DNA of 32,000 nucleotides, taken from the NCBI RefSeq assembly GCF_054356925.1, contig NZ_CM135959.1; one strand, written 5' to 3'. Positions within the stretch are counted from its first letter, which is position 1. Each line of letters starts with the position of its first letter. Positions 8,344 to 18,788 of the stretch are shown here, piece by piece. The translations under genes were made by a program, and so were the position numbers. The notes under the pieces are model-generated. The model worked only from the letters and a program-made list of their open reading frames with translations, made no database searches and was not told where the DNA came from.

Positions 8344-10032
8344 ATGGCAAGTTCGGGCACAACATCAACGCGTAAGCGCTTTACCGGCGCAGAATTTATC
8401 GTTCATTTCCTGGAACAGCAGGGCATTAAGATTGTGACGGGCATTCCGGGCGGTTCTATCCTGCCTGTTTACGATGCCTTAAGCCAAAGCACGCAAATCC
8501 GCCATATTCTGGCTCGCCATGAACAGGGCGCGGGGTTTATCGCTCAGGGAATGGCGCGCACCGACGGTAAACCGGCGGTCTGTATGGCCTGTAGCGGGCC
8601 GGGTGCGACTAACCTGGTGACCGCCATTGCTGATGCGCGGCTGGACTCCATCCCGTTGATTTGCATCACTGGTCAGGTACCCGCCTCGATGATCGGCACC
8701 GACGCCTTCCAGGAAGTGGACACCTACGGCATCTCTATCCCCATCACCAAACACAACTATCTGGTCAGACATATCGAAGAACTCCCGCAGGTCATGAGCG
8801 ATGCCTTCCGTATTGCGCAATCAGGCCGCCCTGGCCCGGTGTGGATAGACATTCCTAAGGATGTGCAAACGGCCGTTTTTGAGATTGAAGCACAGCCCGC
8901 GGCGGCAGAAAAAGCCGTCGCGCCCGCCTTTAGCGAAGAAAGCATTCGTGACGCAGCGGCAATGATTAATGCTGCCAAACGCCCGGTGCTTTATCTGGGC
9001 GGTGGTGTGATCAATGCGCCTGCGCGAGTGCGTGAACTGGCGGAGAAAGCGCAACTGCCTACCACCATGACTTTAATGGCGCTGGGCATGTTGCCAAAAG
9101 CGCATCCGTTGTCGCTGGGTATGTTGGGGATGCACGGTGTGCGCAGCACCAACTATATTTTGCAGGAGGCGGATCTGCTGATTGTTCTCGGCGCGCGTTT
9201 TGATGACCGGGCGATTGGCAAAACCGAGCAGTTCTGCCCGAATGCCAAAATTATTCATGTCGATATCGACCGCGCAGAGCTGGGTAAAATCAAGCAGCCG
9301 CACGTAGCGATTCAGGCGGATGTTGATGGCGTGCTGGCGCAGCTGATCCCGCAGGTGGAAGCGCAACCGCGTGCAGAGTGGCACCAGTTGGTGGCGGATT
9401 TGCAGCGCGAATTCCCGTGTCCAATCCCGAAAGCGTGCGATCCGTTAAGCCATTACGGCCTGATCAACACCGTTGCCGCCTGTGTCGATGACAATGCGAT
9501 TATCACCACCGACGTGGGTCAGCATCAGATGTGGACGGCGCAGGCTTATCCGCTCAATCGCCCACGCCAGTGGCTGACCTCCGGTGGGCTGGGCACGATG
9601 GGCTTTGGTCTGCCTGCGGCCATTGGCGCGGCGCTGGCGAACCCGGATCGCAAAGTGTTGTGCTTCTCCGGCGACGGCAGCCTGATGATGAATATTCAGG
9701 AGATGGCGACCGCCAGTGAAAATCAGCTGAATGTCAAAATTATCCTGATGAATAACGAAGCGCTGGGACTGGTGCATCAGCAACAGAGTCTGTTCTACAA
9801 GCAGGGCGTTTTTGCCGCCACCTATCCGGGCAAAATCAACTTTATGCAGATTGCCGCCGGATTCGGCCTCGAAACATGTGATTTGAATAACGAAGCCGAT
9901 CCGCAGGCTGCATTGCAGGAAATCATCAATCGCCCTGGTCCGGCGCTGATCCACGTGCGTATTGATGCCGAAGAAAAAGTGTACCCGATGGTGCCGCCAG
10001 GTGCGGCGAATACTGAAATGGTGGGGGAATAA
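8344..10032 (+). CDS. ilvB: Acetolactate synthase I large subunit
   Basis: 562-aa ThDP enzyme (GIPGGSILPVYDAL..., GDGSLMMNIQEMATASENQLNVKIILMNN). Confidence 0.98.
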   Translation: MASSGTTSTRKRFTGAEFIVHFLEQQGIKIVTGIPGGSILPVYDALSQSTQIRHILARHEQGAGFIAQGMARTDGKPAVCMACSGPGATNLVTAIADARLDSIPLICITGQVPASMIGTDAFQEVDTYGISIPITKHNYLVRHIEELPQVMSDAFRIAQSGRPGPVWIDIPKDVQTAVFEIEAQPAAAEKAVAPAFSEESIRDAAAMINAAKRPVLYLGGGVINAPARVRELAEKAQLPTTMTLMALGMLPKAHPLSLGMLGMHGVRSTNYILQEADLLIVLGARFDDRAIGKTEQFCPNAKIIHVDIDRAELGKIKQPHVAIQADVDGVLAQLIPQVEAQPRAEWHQLVADLQREFPCPIPKACDPLSHYGLINTVAACVDDNAIITTDVGQHQMWTAQAYPLNRPRQWLTSGGLGTMGFGLPAAIGAALANPDRKVLCFSGDGSLMMNIQEMATASENQLNVKIILMNNEALGLVHQQQSLFYKQGVFAATYPGKINFMQIAAGFGLETCDLNNEADPQAALQEIINRPGPALIHVRIDAEEKVYPMVPPGAANTEMVGE

Positions 10033-10035
10033 GCC

Positions 10036-10326
10036 ATGCAAAACACAACTCATGACAACGTGATTCTCGAACTCACCGTTCGCAACCATCCGGGCGTAAT
10101 GACCCACGTTTGTGGCCTTTTTGCCCGTCGCGCTTTTAACGTCGAAGGCATTCTCTGCCTGCCGATTCAGGACAGCGACAAAAGCCATATCTGGCTACTG
10201 GTCAATGACGACCAGCGTCTGGAGCAGATGATAAGCCAAATCGATAAGCTGGAAGATGTGGTGAAAGTGCAGCGTAATCAGTCCGATCCGACAATGTTTA
10301 ACAAGATTGCGGTGTTTTTTCAGTAA
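10036..10326 (+). CDS. ilvN: Acetolactate synthase I small (regulatory) subunit
   Basis: 96-aa ACT-domain protein directly after ilvB. Confidence 0.97.
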
Positions 10327-10590
10327 GGAGCGACATTAAACCGCTCGGGGGGTTTACTGATGAGCGATTTTTGATAGATCCGTTCAGATATATAGGGTGA
10401 AATTGTGCCAGAGACCATCTCAGGCACAATTTATTAGCCCAGGACGTTAATTTAAGTCGCTGCACCGATAACCAGGGGGTTGACAGTTAGGGCTAAAAAT
10501 TTCCAGCGATGGTGTTAAATTCTGATTGCTGTCTATACCAGTGGTCATGACCAGCATTCTATTAATTAATGGTTCATCGTGAGGTATATT

Positions 10591-11886
10591 ATGGCAAGCC
10601 CTATAAACAGCGGAACAATGATGTCAAATCCCTGCCCTTCCACCTTTTTGGATAAAAATAGAATTATTGCTGCTGAGCTTAATATCACAAATAACGAGAA
10701 AAAATATTCACCTGGCAGTAATTTCGCAAAATGGATGTTACAGGAAATAAAACGTTTAATAGCAAATATTATGTCCGGTTCTCGCAGTGTTAATACCGAA
10801 ATCCTTAACTATTTTCACCCTATGCCAGGCACTGAAAATAATGGCAATCGTACCTGGATGGCGGCAACTGGAGAGAACGAATATACCGTAATCGAACAAA
10901 CAGGTGGCAAATCCTTTAAAGTTATACAGTTTGATGCAGGTGAAAAAAATACAAAAAAAATAGTAAAAGAAACATCATATTCTGGAGTGGCTGTGGCGAC
11001 TATTATCAAATCGCTGTCTGAAAAAACTGCTGCGTTAGAAACACATTCTGCTGACACGGTTTTGAGGAAAAAATTAGTTAATAGTATTGTTATGATGAAT
11101 ACGGATTGTAGTTACGAAATGCCTGCAGACATTGTGAGTAATACATATGATTTATTAAACCTGCGAATTCAAAAAGATGAGGGCCATTTACCTGTTCAGG
11201 AAAAAATTGATATTACTGAGGATTATTTACACTCTATGACTATGGATGCTCATAGATGTATAAAAGAACAAACTAAACCAAGTGGTGCTGCAAAAATAAC
11301 TTGCTGTGGTGTTGAGTTAAGTAAAGATATTCTTAAAAAGTTTGCAAACAAAATTGAAAAAATTGAACAAGATCCAAAATATATTCAAAACACACTTGAA
11401 GAAATGGTTAAACAGCTTTGCTTTGATGTTAATGATTGTGCTGAGGTAAGAGAATTGTTACGGCAATCAAACGGTAATATTACGAATGATAAGATTGATG
11501 AAATAATAGCTTGCTTAGCCAGTCCTCAGGGGATTACATGTTTTTATTATTCTTCCGCACAAGGCTATCAGAGTCGCTTACAACACACATCTCAAGATGT
11601 TCGCGAGTTACTCTCAAAGAGTTTGGGTGGTGCCACTTCATCAACATTTCATTTAAAAAAATCAGGAAATGCATTTTTTGGGTCTGGAAAGTATCTTAAT
11701 GAAATGGATTTCACTATGAATGGGTTTAGTCAGAAGATATATTTGATGGCGGTTAATAAAATTGAAAATGAAGTTAAGCTTCAGTGTGCTCGTTATTTTA
11801 CTACCGGTAGGGTCGACGAACAAAACTCTAAAATCGATAAAGTCGCTTTTACATTTTCCGCTACCGCAACAACAGCTGATTTATGA
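10591..11886 (+). CDS. Uncharacterised accessory protein (431 aa), paralogue of the downstream gene; possible secreted/effector-type protein
   Basis: Long AT-rich ORF; likely start at ATG 10591 with SD gtgagg (track start 10579 is GTG). Contains YFH.MP, ITCCGVELS and CLASPQGITCFYYSSAQGY. No family recognised. Confidence 0.85.
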   Translation: MASPINSGTMMSNPCPSTFLDKNRIIAAELNITNNEKKYSPGSNFAKWMLQEIKRLIANIMSGSRSVNTEILNYFHPMPGTENNGNRTWMAATGENEYTVIEQTGGKSFKVIQFDAGEKNTKKIVKETSYSGVAVATIIKSLSEKTAALETHSADTVLRKKLVNSIVMMNTDCSYEMPADIVSNTYDLLNLRIQKDEGHLPVQEKIDITEDYLHSMTMDAHRCIKEQTKPSGAAKITCCGVELSKDILKKFANKIEKIEQDPKYIQNTLEEMVKQLCFDVNDCAEVRELLRQSNGNITNDKIDEIIACLASPQGITCFYYSSAQGYQSRLQHTSQDVRELLSKSLGGATSSTFHLKKSGNAFFGSGKYLNEMDFTMNGFSQKIYLMAVNKIENEVKLQCARYFTTGRVDEQNSKIDKVAFTFSATATTADL

Positions 11887-12078
11887 TTTTTTCTTCATAA
11901 AGCGCGTTTGTCATTAAGGTGAGCGCGTATTCTTAACCGTCTGTGCGTAAACAGTCTTTTTGAAAAAATGAGCGATTTTTGATAGTGAATAAGTAGAATT
12001 AGTGATGCAATTGCATTGGGAAAATCGTTAAAAATTAACGACACATGGTCTTATTATTGAAATAAATGAAATATAGCG

Positions 12079-12109
12079 GTTAGCATTGACATATTTATCA
12101 TGCTAACCA
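12079..12109. promoter_or_regulatory. Inverted repeat upstream of the second accessory gene
   Basis: ggttagcat (12079-12087) and atgctaacc (12101-12109), perfect 9-bp arms with 13-nt spacer. Confidence 0.4.
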
Positions 12110-12161
12110 TTGATGCTTCTAAAATGTCAAAATATGCAAGGTGTCATATTGCGAGGTTACT

Positions 12162-13631
12162 ATGGTTAGTGTGACGAGTTATACATATCCAACGGAAACA
12201 GAGAATGATAATAGCCAGTTTCAGAGTCAAACTCAGAGTCAGGGCCTGAGCCAGAGTCTAAGAGATAGTATCGAGGGTAATATTGCTGCATTTGATGCGA
12301 TGGAACAAAGCGGCCTGCTCGATAATTGTAGAACATTATCTAAAGATGCCACTTTTCGTGAAGTTTTCCGAAATATATTATTATACATTTTAGATTCTTT
12401 TCATATCTATCGGCATGATATCAGTGGTAAATTGGTTTCTTATTTTCATGTTACGCCTGAATCAGCGAATGCGAATTATAAAACATGGATCGCTACCACT
12501 GGCATGGATAGCTATATAAAAATTGAACAGACCGGCAGTGATAAATTTAAAGTCACTGATGTGTATCGTGAGTTAAATGGCAAGAGTTTGGAAAAAAAGA
12601 GTAGGGACAGGGATTTTAGTGGTCGAAATGTGAAAGAGTTTATAGGGTTATTATCAGAGCACGATGTATTGGAAAAGTATCAACTCTCAAAAGTAACAGT
12701 TGCTGCAAATGCTCTTAAGTTAGAAGTTGTTAATAATAATTTTAAAAATGAACTCAGCAGTGGAGTTACTGATGCTGAGCACCAATTAAAAAAAGCGTTA
12801 TATGAACAAACTCAATCAACTCCAGATAAATCAATCCAATATGAATTGATTCCAGATAAATTAATTCCAGATGATTGTAGTTATAAATCAGACATAAAAA
12901 AACTAGATGTTCGGGAGGGAGAGTTTAGTGCACTTCTTGCTGATGCATCAAGACATGTTGGAGAGGCTAGCTCATTTATTGCATGTTGTGGAGTTAAAAT
13001 AAATAGCACTATCCATGAATTACTGAGGAGTAAAACCATGGCTTTGTCTGGTCATGGAGGTGTTAGAAAATATAAAGATTTCGAAAAACTTTTTAGTGAA
13101 ATTGTATTTACGCCAGATGAATGTAATATTGTGAGAAACTCTCTACAGAAAGATGGTGTTGAGAAAAAAACCAGAGAAAATATTATTTCTTGCCTCTCCA
13201 GTATTTCAGGAATAGGTAACCTGTATTATGCTTGTTCACAGGCATTTCCTGTCGCGCTTGATAGGGGGGATATTAATGCAATACAGGCAAGCAATTCTAT
13301 TTCTGCCGGGTTTAATAGTAACCCAGGGTTTTGTGCTTTGATGGGAAAAACAAATTTTCTTTTTGCTGACTTTTCACAGCATACATTCACACAAACTCAT
13401 TATATTGTAAAAGCCGAAATAAATGAAGCTGGTAACGATTTTAATATTGCTAATTTCATTTATCGAACATACGGTGAGGATTATATTCATAACGACTCAG
13501 TGGATGACTCTCTTAATGAGCGTTCCGCTGAAGATTATAGGTTTCTGGATGACTCTTTGTTACCTGAAAACGATTTCCGCAACAGGAGGAGAAATTTCTC
13601 AGGCAATATTGCAATCGCAACCTACAAATAA
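12162..13631 (+). CDS. Uncharacterised accessory protein (489 aa), paralogue of the upstream gene; Gln/Ser-rich N-terminus
   Basis: Long AT-rich ORF; ATG 12162 preceded by gcgagg (track start 12141 is GTG). Contains YFHVTP, FIACCGVKIN and CLSSISGIGNLYYACSQAF. Confidence 0.85.
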   Translation: MVSVTSYTYPTETENDNSQFQSQTQSQGLSQSLRDSIEGNIAAFDAMEQSGLLDNCRTLSKDATFREVFRNILLYILDSFHIYRHDISGKLVSYFHVTPESANANYKTWIATTGMDSYIKIEQTGSDKFKVTDVYRELNGKSLEKKSRDRDFSGRNVKEFIGLLSEHDVLEKYQLSKVTVAANALKLEVVNNNFKNELSSGVTDAEHQLKKALYEQTQSTPDKSIQYELIPDKLIPDDCSYKSDIKKLDVREGEFSALLADASRHVGEASSFIACCGVKINSTIHELLRSKTMALSGHGGVRKYKDFEKLFSEIVFTPDECNIVRNSLQKDGVEKKTRENIISCLSSISGIGNLYYACSQAFPVALDRGDINAIQASNSISAGFNSNPGFCALMGKTNFLFADFSQHTFTQTHYIVKAEINEAGNDFNIANFIYRTYGEDYIHNDSVDDSLNERSAEDYRFLDDSLLPENDFRNRRRNFSGNIAIATYK

Positions 13632-13657
13632 TTCGCTTTTTCGCAATAACACGTACC

Positions 13658-13685
13658 AAACGCTTACCTTTCAGGTAAGCGTTTT
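13658..13685 (+). terminator. Intrinsic terminator downstream of the second accessory gene
   Basis: aaacgcttacc-tttca-ggtaagcgtttt, perfect 11-bp stem, 5-nt loop, T-rich tail. Confidence 0.75.
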
Positions 13686-13792
13686 GACGATAAGACCAAC
13701 ATCATTAAGCCAATACATACCCCATATCCAACTTGAACAACATCGCGCTTATCGTTAAGGTATGCGCGTTTTTTATCCGCCAGGACCCAATC

Positions 13793-14383
13793 ATGATCAC
13801 CGTTGCCCTTATAGACGATCACCTTATCGTCCGCTCCGGCTTTGCGCAGTTGCTGGGGCTGGAACCTGATTTGCAAGTAGTTGCCGAGTTTGGTTCGGGG
13901 CGCGAGGCGCTGGCGGGGCTGCCGGGGCGCGGTGTGCAGGTGTGTATTTGCGATATCTCCATGCCCGATATCTCCGGTCTGGAGCTGCTAAGCCAGCTGC
14001 CGAAAGGTATGGCGACGATTATGCTCTCCGTTCATGACAGTCCGGCGCTGGTTGAGCAGGCGCTTAACGCGGGGGCGCGCGGCTTTCTCTCCAAACGCTG
14101 TAGCCCGGATGAACTGATTTCTGCGGTGCATACGGTTGCCACGGGCGGCTGTTATCTGACGCCGGATATTGCCATTAAACTGGCATCCGGTCGCCAGGAC
14201 CCGCTAACCAAACGTGAACGCCAGGTGGCGGAAAAACTGGCGCAAGGAATGGCGGTGAAAGAGATTGCCGCCGAACTGGGCTTGTCACCGAAAACGGTAC
14301 ACGTCCATCGCGCCAATCTGATGGAAAAACTGGGCGTCAGTAACGACGTTGAACTGGCGCGCCGCATGTTTGATGGCTGGTGA
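13793..14383 (+). CDS. uhpA: Response regulator UhpA (LuxR/NarL family)
   Basis: 196 aa starting [21 protein letters not shown]; C-terminal LuxR-type HTH. The track ORF starts 20 codons upstream. Confidence 0.96.
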   Translation: MITVALIDDHLIVRSGFAQLLGLEPDLQVVAEFGSGREALAGLPGRGVQVCICDISMPDISGLELLSQLPKGMATIMLSVHDSPALVEQALNAGARGFLSKRCSPDELISAVHTVATGGCYLTPDIAIKLASGRQDPLTKRERQVAEKLAQGMAVKEIAAELGLSPKTVHVHRANLMEKLGVSNDVELARRMFDGW

Positions 14384-15885
14384 TGAAGACGTTGTTCTCC
14401 CGCTTAATTACCGTTATTGCCTGCTTTTTTATCTTCTCTGCCGCATGGTTTTGCCTGTGGAGTATCAGCCTGCACCTGGTTGAGCGCCCTGATATGGCGG
14501 TGCTGTTATTTCCGTTTGGTCTGCGTCTGGGGCTAATGCTGCAATGCCCGCGCGGATACTGGCCCGTATTGCTGGGCGCGGAATGGCTGCTGATTTACTG
14601 GCTAACGCAGGCGGTCGGTTTAACCCATTTCTCCTTATTGATGATCGGTAGTTTACTGACGTTATTGCCCGTGGCGCTGATCTCGCGCTATCGCCATCAA
14701 CGTGACTGGCGCACCTTGCTGTTACAGGGTGCGGCGCTGACGGCGGCGGCGTTGTTGCAGTCGCTGCCCTGGCTTTGGCACGGCAAAGAGTCGTGGAATG
14801 CGCTGTTGCTGACTTTAACTGGCGGCTTGACGCTGGCCCCGATATGTCTGGTGTTCTGGCACTATCTCGCCAATAACATCTGGCTGCCGCTCGGGCCGTC
14901 GTTAGTTTCTCAACCGATCAACTGGCGCGGGCGGCATCTGGTCTGGTACTTGCTGCTGTTTGTTATTAGTCTCTGGCTCCAGTTGGGATTGCCGGACGAA
15001 CTGTCGCGCTTTACGCCATTCTGCCTGGCGCTGCCGATTATCGCGCTGGCCTGGCACTATGGCTGGCAAGGGGCGCTGATTGCGACGTTGATGAACGCCA
15101 TCGCGCTGATCGCCAGTCAAACCTGGCGCGATCATCCGGTGGATTTATTGCTCTCGCTGCTGGTGCAAAGCCTGACAGGGTTGTTGCTTGGTGCTGGCAT
15201 CCAGCGGTTGCGTGAACTTAACCAGTCGCTGCAAAAAGAACTGGCGCGCAATCAGCATCTGGCTGAACGGTTGCTGGAAACCGAAGAGAGCGTGCGCCGT
15301 GATGTGGCGCGTGAGCTGCACGACGATATCGGTCAGACCATCACAGCCATTCGTACTCAAGCGGGCATTGTTCAGCGGCTGGCGGCAGATAACGCCAGCG
15401 TGAAGCAGAGCGGGCAGCTCATCGAACAACTGTCGCTGGGCGTGTACGACGCGGTGCGCCGTTTATTAGGACGGTTACGTCCGCGCCAGTTGGATGATCT
15501 CTCCCTGGAGCAGGCCATCCGCTCACTGATGCGGGAAATGGAGCTGGAAGGGCGCGGCATTGTCAGCCATCTCGAATGGCGTATCGATGAATCAGCATTA
15601 AGCGAAAACCAGCGCGTGACGCTATTTCGCGTCTGCCAGGAAGGGCTGAATAACATTGTGAAACATGCTGATGCCAGCGCGGTCACCCTGCAAGGCTGGC
15701 AGCAGGATGAACGGTTGATGCTGGTGATTGAAGACGATGGCAGCGGTTTACCGCCGGGTTCCGGGCAACAAGGTTTTGGCCTCACCGGAATGCGCGAGCG
15801 CGTAACGGCGCTGGGCGGCACCTTGACCATTTCCTGTCTGCACGGCACGCGTGTCAGCGTTTCTCTACCTCAACGCTATGTCTAA
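14383..15885 (+). CDS. uhpB: Sensor histidine kinase UhpB
   Basis: 500 aa starting [14 protein letters not shown]; HisKA_3-type ELHDDIGQ motif; TGATG overlap with uhpA. Confidence 0.96.
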   Translation: MKTLFSRLITVIACFFIFSAAWFCLWSISLHLVERPDMAVLLFPFGLRLGLMLQCPRGYWPVLLGAEWLLIYWLTQAVGLTHFSLLMIGSLLTLLPVALISRYRHQRDWRTLLLQGAALTAAALLQSLPWLWHGKESWNALLLTLTGGLTLAPICLVFWHYLANNIWLPLGPSLVSQPINWRGRHLVWYLLLFVISLWLQLGLPDELSRFTPFCLALPIIALAWHYGWQGALIATLMNAIALIASQTWRDHPVDLLLSLLVQSLTGLLLGAGIQRLRELNQSLQKELARNQHLAERLLETEESVRRDVARELHDDIGQTITAIRTQAGIVQRLAADNASVKQSGQLIEQLSLGVYDAVRRLLGRLRPRQLDDLSLEQAIRSLMREMELEGRGIVSHLEWRIDESALSENQRVTLFRVCQEGLNNIVKHADASAVTLQGWQQDERLMLVIEDDGSGLPPGSGQQGFGLTGMRERVTALGGTLTISCLHGTRVSVSLPQRYV

Positions 15886-15894
15886 GGTTTGATG

Positions 15895-17214
15895 ATGTTG
15901 CCGTTTCTGAAAGCGCCTGCCGATGCGCCATTAATGACTGATAAACATGAAATTGATGCCCGCTATCGTTACTGGCGTCGGCATATTCTGCTGACCATCT
16001 GGCTGGGTTACGCGCTGTTTTACTTCACGCGGAAAAGTTTTAACGCCGCCGTACCAGAAATCCTTGCTAATGGCGTGCTCAGCCGTAGCGATATCGGCCT
16101 GTTAGCGACCCTGTTTTACATTACCTACGGCGTGTCGAAGTTTGTCTCCGGCATTGTCAGCGATCGCTCAAATGCCCGTTATTTTATGGGGATAGGGCTT
16201 ATCGCCACGGGCATCATCAACATTCTGTTTGGCTTCTCGACGTCGCTATGGGCGTTTGCCGTACTCTGGGTGCTGAACGCCTTTTTCCAGGGCTGGGGTT
16301 CACCGGTGTGTGCACGTCTGTTAACGGCCTGGTATTCTCGTACCGAGCGCGGTGGTTGGTGGGCATTATGGAACACGGCGCATAACGTTGGTGGTGCGCT
16401 CATTCCCATTGTGATGGCAGCAGCTGCGCTGCATTACGGCTGGCGTGCCGGGATGATGATTGCTGGTTGTATGGCGATCGTCGTGGGGATTTTTCTCTGC
16501 TGGCGGCTGCGCGATCGCCCGCAGGCGTTAGGTTTACCTGCGGTTGGTGAATGGCGGCACGATGCGCTGGAGATTGCTCAACAACAAGAAGGGGCAGGGC
16601 TGACGCGTAAAGAGATCCTCACCAAGTATGTGTTGTTGAATCCGTATATCTGGCTGCTTTCGTTTTGCTATGTGCTGGTCTATGTGGTCCGGGCGGCAAT
16701 CAACGACTGGGGCAATTTGTATATGTCCGAGACGCTGGGCGTCGATCTGGTCACGGCGAATACGGCAGTGACGATGTTTGAACTGGGCGGATTTATCGGT
16801 GCGCTGGTAGCGGGTTGGGGCTCGGACAAACTGTTTAACGGCAACCGCGGGCCGATGAATTTGATTTTCGCCGCTGGAATTTTGCTTTCAGTCGGTTCGC
16901 TGTGGCTGATGCCATTTGCCAGCTACGTGATGCAGGCAACTTGCTTCTTCACCATTGGTTTTTTTGTCTTTGGCCCGCAGATGTTAATCGGCATGGCGGC
17001 GGCAGAATGTTCCCACAAAGAGGCGGCAGGGGCGGCGACGGGGTTTGTCGGCTTGTTTGCTTATCTGGGGGCGTCGCTTGCTGGTTGGCCGCTGGCGAAA
17101 GTGCTCGATACCTGGCACTGGAGCGGATTTTTTGTGGTTATCGCCATTGCCGCCGGGATTTCCGCACTGCTGTTACTGCCCTTTTTGAACGCCCAGACAC
17201 CGCGCGAAGCGTGA
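15895..17214 (+). CDS. uhpC: Hexose phosphate sensor/MFS protein UhpC
   Basis: 439 aa starting MLPFLKAPADAPLMTDK; MFS organophosphate:Pi antiporter family. Confidence 0.96.
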   Translation: MLPFLKAPADAPLMTDKHEIDARYRYWRRHILLTIWLGYALFYFTRKSFNAAVPEILANGVLSRSDIGLLATLFYITYGVSKFVSGIVSDRSNARYFMGIGLIATGIINILFGFSTSLWAFAVLWVLNAFFQGWGSPVCARLLTAWYSRTERGGWWALWNTAHNVGGALIPIVMAAAALHYGWRAGMMIAGCMAIVVGIFLCWRLRDRPQALGLPAVGEWRHDALEIAQQQEGAGLTRKEILTKYVLLNPYIWLLSFCYVLVYVVRAAINDWGNLYMSETLGVDLVTANTAVTMFELGGFIGALVAGWGSDKLFNGNRGPMNLIFAAGILLSVGSLWLMPFASYVMQATCFFTIGFFVFGPQMLIGMAAAECSHKEAAGAATGFVGLFAYLGASLAGWPLAKVLDTWHWSGFFVVIAIAAGISALLLLPFLNAQTPREA

Positions 17215-17260
17215 TGCATCTCACCTTTTCACTTCATATCCGGCAAAACTAAGAAATTTT

Positions 17261-17314
17261 CCAGGTTTTGCCTGGACGCTATCTCAGGCCTGATTTGCTG
17301 CTGATTTTTACAAT
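17261..17314 (+). promoter_or_regulatory. uhpT promoter region with candidate UhpA operator elements
   Basis: ccaggttttgcctgg (17261-17275) and palindrome tcaggcctga (17284-17293) upstream of a -10-like TACAAT (17309-17314) in the uhpC-uhpT gap. Confidence 0.5.
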
Positions 17315-17351
17315 GCATGCCTCACGCAGGTATTCATTTCAGGAGTAACCC

Positions 17352-18743
17352 ATGCTGGCTTTCTTAAACCAGGTCCGCAAGCCGACCCTGGACCTTCCGC
17401 TCGAAGTGCGGCGCAAAATGTGGTTCAAACCGTTCATGCAATCCTACCTGGTGGTCTTTATCGGCTACCTGACGATGTACCTGATTCGCAAGAACTTTAA
17501 CATCGCGCAGAACGATATGATTTCGACCTACGGGTTGAGCATGACGCAGCTGGGGATGATCGGCCTGGGTTTCTCCATCACTTATGGCGTGGGTAAAACG
17601 TTGGTTTCCTACTACGCCGACGGCAAAAACACCAAACAATTCCTGCCGTTCATGCTGATCCTGTCTGCCATTTGTATGCTGGGCTTCAGCGCCAGTATGG
17701 GCAGCGGCTCGGTTAGCCTGTTCCTGATGATTGCCTTCTACGCCTTAAGCGGCTTTTTCCAGAGTACCGGCGGTTCGTGCAGTTACTCCACCATCACCAA
17801 ATGGACGCCGCGTCGTAAACGCGGGACATTCCTCGGTTTCTGGAACATTTCTCACAACCTTGGTGGCGCGGGCGCGGCGGGTGTGGCGCTGTTCGGCGCA
17901 AATTACCTGTTCGATGGTCATGTTATCGGCATGTTTATCTTCCCGTCGATTATCGCGCTGATTGTTGGTTTTATCGGCCTGCGTTACGGCAGCGACTCCC
18001 CGGAATCTTATGGCCTCGGCAAAGCTGAAGAGCTGTTCGGCGAGGAGATCAGTGAAGAGGATAAAGAGACAGAATCTACCGATATGACCAAGTGGCAGAT
18101 CTTTGTTGAGTATGTGCTGAAAAACAAAGTGATCTGGCTGCTGTGCTTCGCCAACATTTTCCTCTATGTGGTGCGTATTGGTATCGACCAGTGGTCAACC
18201 GTGTATGCGTTCCAGGAACTGAAACTCTCTAAAGCGGTGGCGATTCAGGGCTTTACGCTGTTTGAAGCTGGTGCGCTGGTCGGTACGCTGCTGTGGGGCT
18301 GGCTCTCTGACCTGGCGAACGGTCGCCGTGGCCTGGTGGCCTGCATCGCGCTGGCGCTGATTATCGCCACGCTCGGTGTGTATCAACACGCCAGCAATCA
18401 ATATATCTATCTGGCTTCTCTCTTTGCGTTGGGTTTCCTGGTCTTTGGCCCGCAATTGTTGATTGGTGTGGCTGCTGTTGGCTTTGTACCTAAAAAAGCG
18501 ATTGGCGCTGCCGATGGTATTAAAGGCACCTTCGCTTACCTGATTGGTGACAGCTTTGCCAAGTTAGGGCTGGGGATGATTGCCGATGGGACGCCGGTAT
18601 TCGGCCTTACCGGCTGGGCAGGCACCTTCGCTGCGCTGGATATCGCCGCGATTGGTTGTATCTGCCTGATGGCGATAGTGGCGGTGATGGAAGAACGCAA
18701 AATCCGCCGCGAGAAAAAAATTCAGCAGTTGACAGTGGCATAA
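17352..18743 (+). CDS. uhpT: Hexose-6-phosphate:phosphate antiporter UhpT
   Basis: 463-aa MFS protein [40 protein letters not shown]... Confidence 0.97.
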   Translation: MLAFLNQVRKPTLDLPLEVRRKMWFKPFMQSYLVVFIGYLTMYLIRKNFNIAQNDMISTYGLSMTQLGMIGLGFSITYGVGKTLVSYYADGKNTKQFLPFMLILSAICMLGFSASMGSGSVSLFLMIAFYALSGFFQSTGGSCSYSTITKWTPRRKRGTFLGFWNISHNLGGAGAAGVALFGANYLFDGHVIGMFIFPSIIALIVGFIGLRYGSDSPESYGLGKAEELFGEEISEEDKETESTDMTKWQIFVEYVLKNKVIWLLCFANIFLYVVRIGIDQWSTVYAFQELKLSKAVAIQGFTLFEAGALVGTLLWGWLSDLANGRRGLVACIALALIIATLGVYQHASNQYIYLASLFALGFLVFGPQLLIGVAAVGFVPKKAIGAADGIKGTFAYLIGDSFAKLGLGMIADGTPVFGLTGWAGTFAALDIAAIGCICLMAIVAVMEERKIRREKKIQQLTVA

Positions 18744-18761
18744 ACGTAACTGGTGACTTTT

Positions 18762-18787
18762 GCCCGGCATGACGCCGGGCTTTTTTT
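18762..18787 (+). terminator. Intrinsic terminator after uhpT (between convergent uhpT and ade)
   Basis: gcccggc-atgac-gccgggc followed by seven T's. Confidence 0.85.
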
Positions 18788-18788
18788 A

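Noticed and set aside
7878-8368. 160-aa and 70-aa minus-strand ORFs across istR and ivbL
   Set aside because: Antisense to the sRNA, leader peptide and attenuator; no supporting features.
8479-10188. Minus-strand ORFs inside ilvB/ilvN (113, 73, 77 and 247 aa)
   Set aside because: Fully antisense to confidently identified ilvB and ilvN; products have no recognisable domain.
13423-13758. 111-aa ORF (MKLVTILILLISFIEHTVRIIF...) overlapping the 3' end of the second accessory gene
   Set aside because: Out-of-frame inside the larger ORF and runs through its terminator; hydrophobicity alone in AT-rich DNA is weak evidence.
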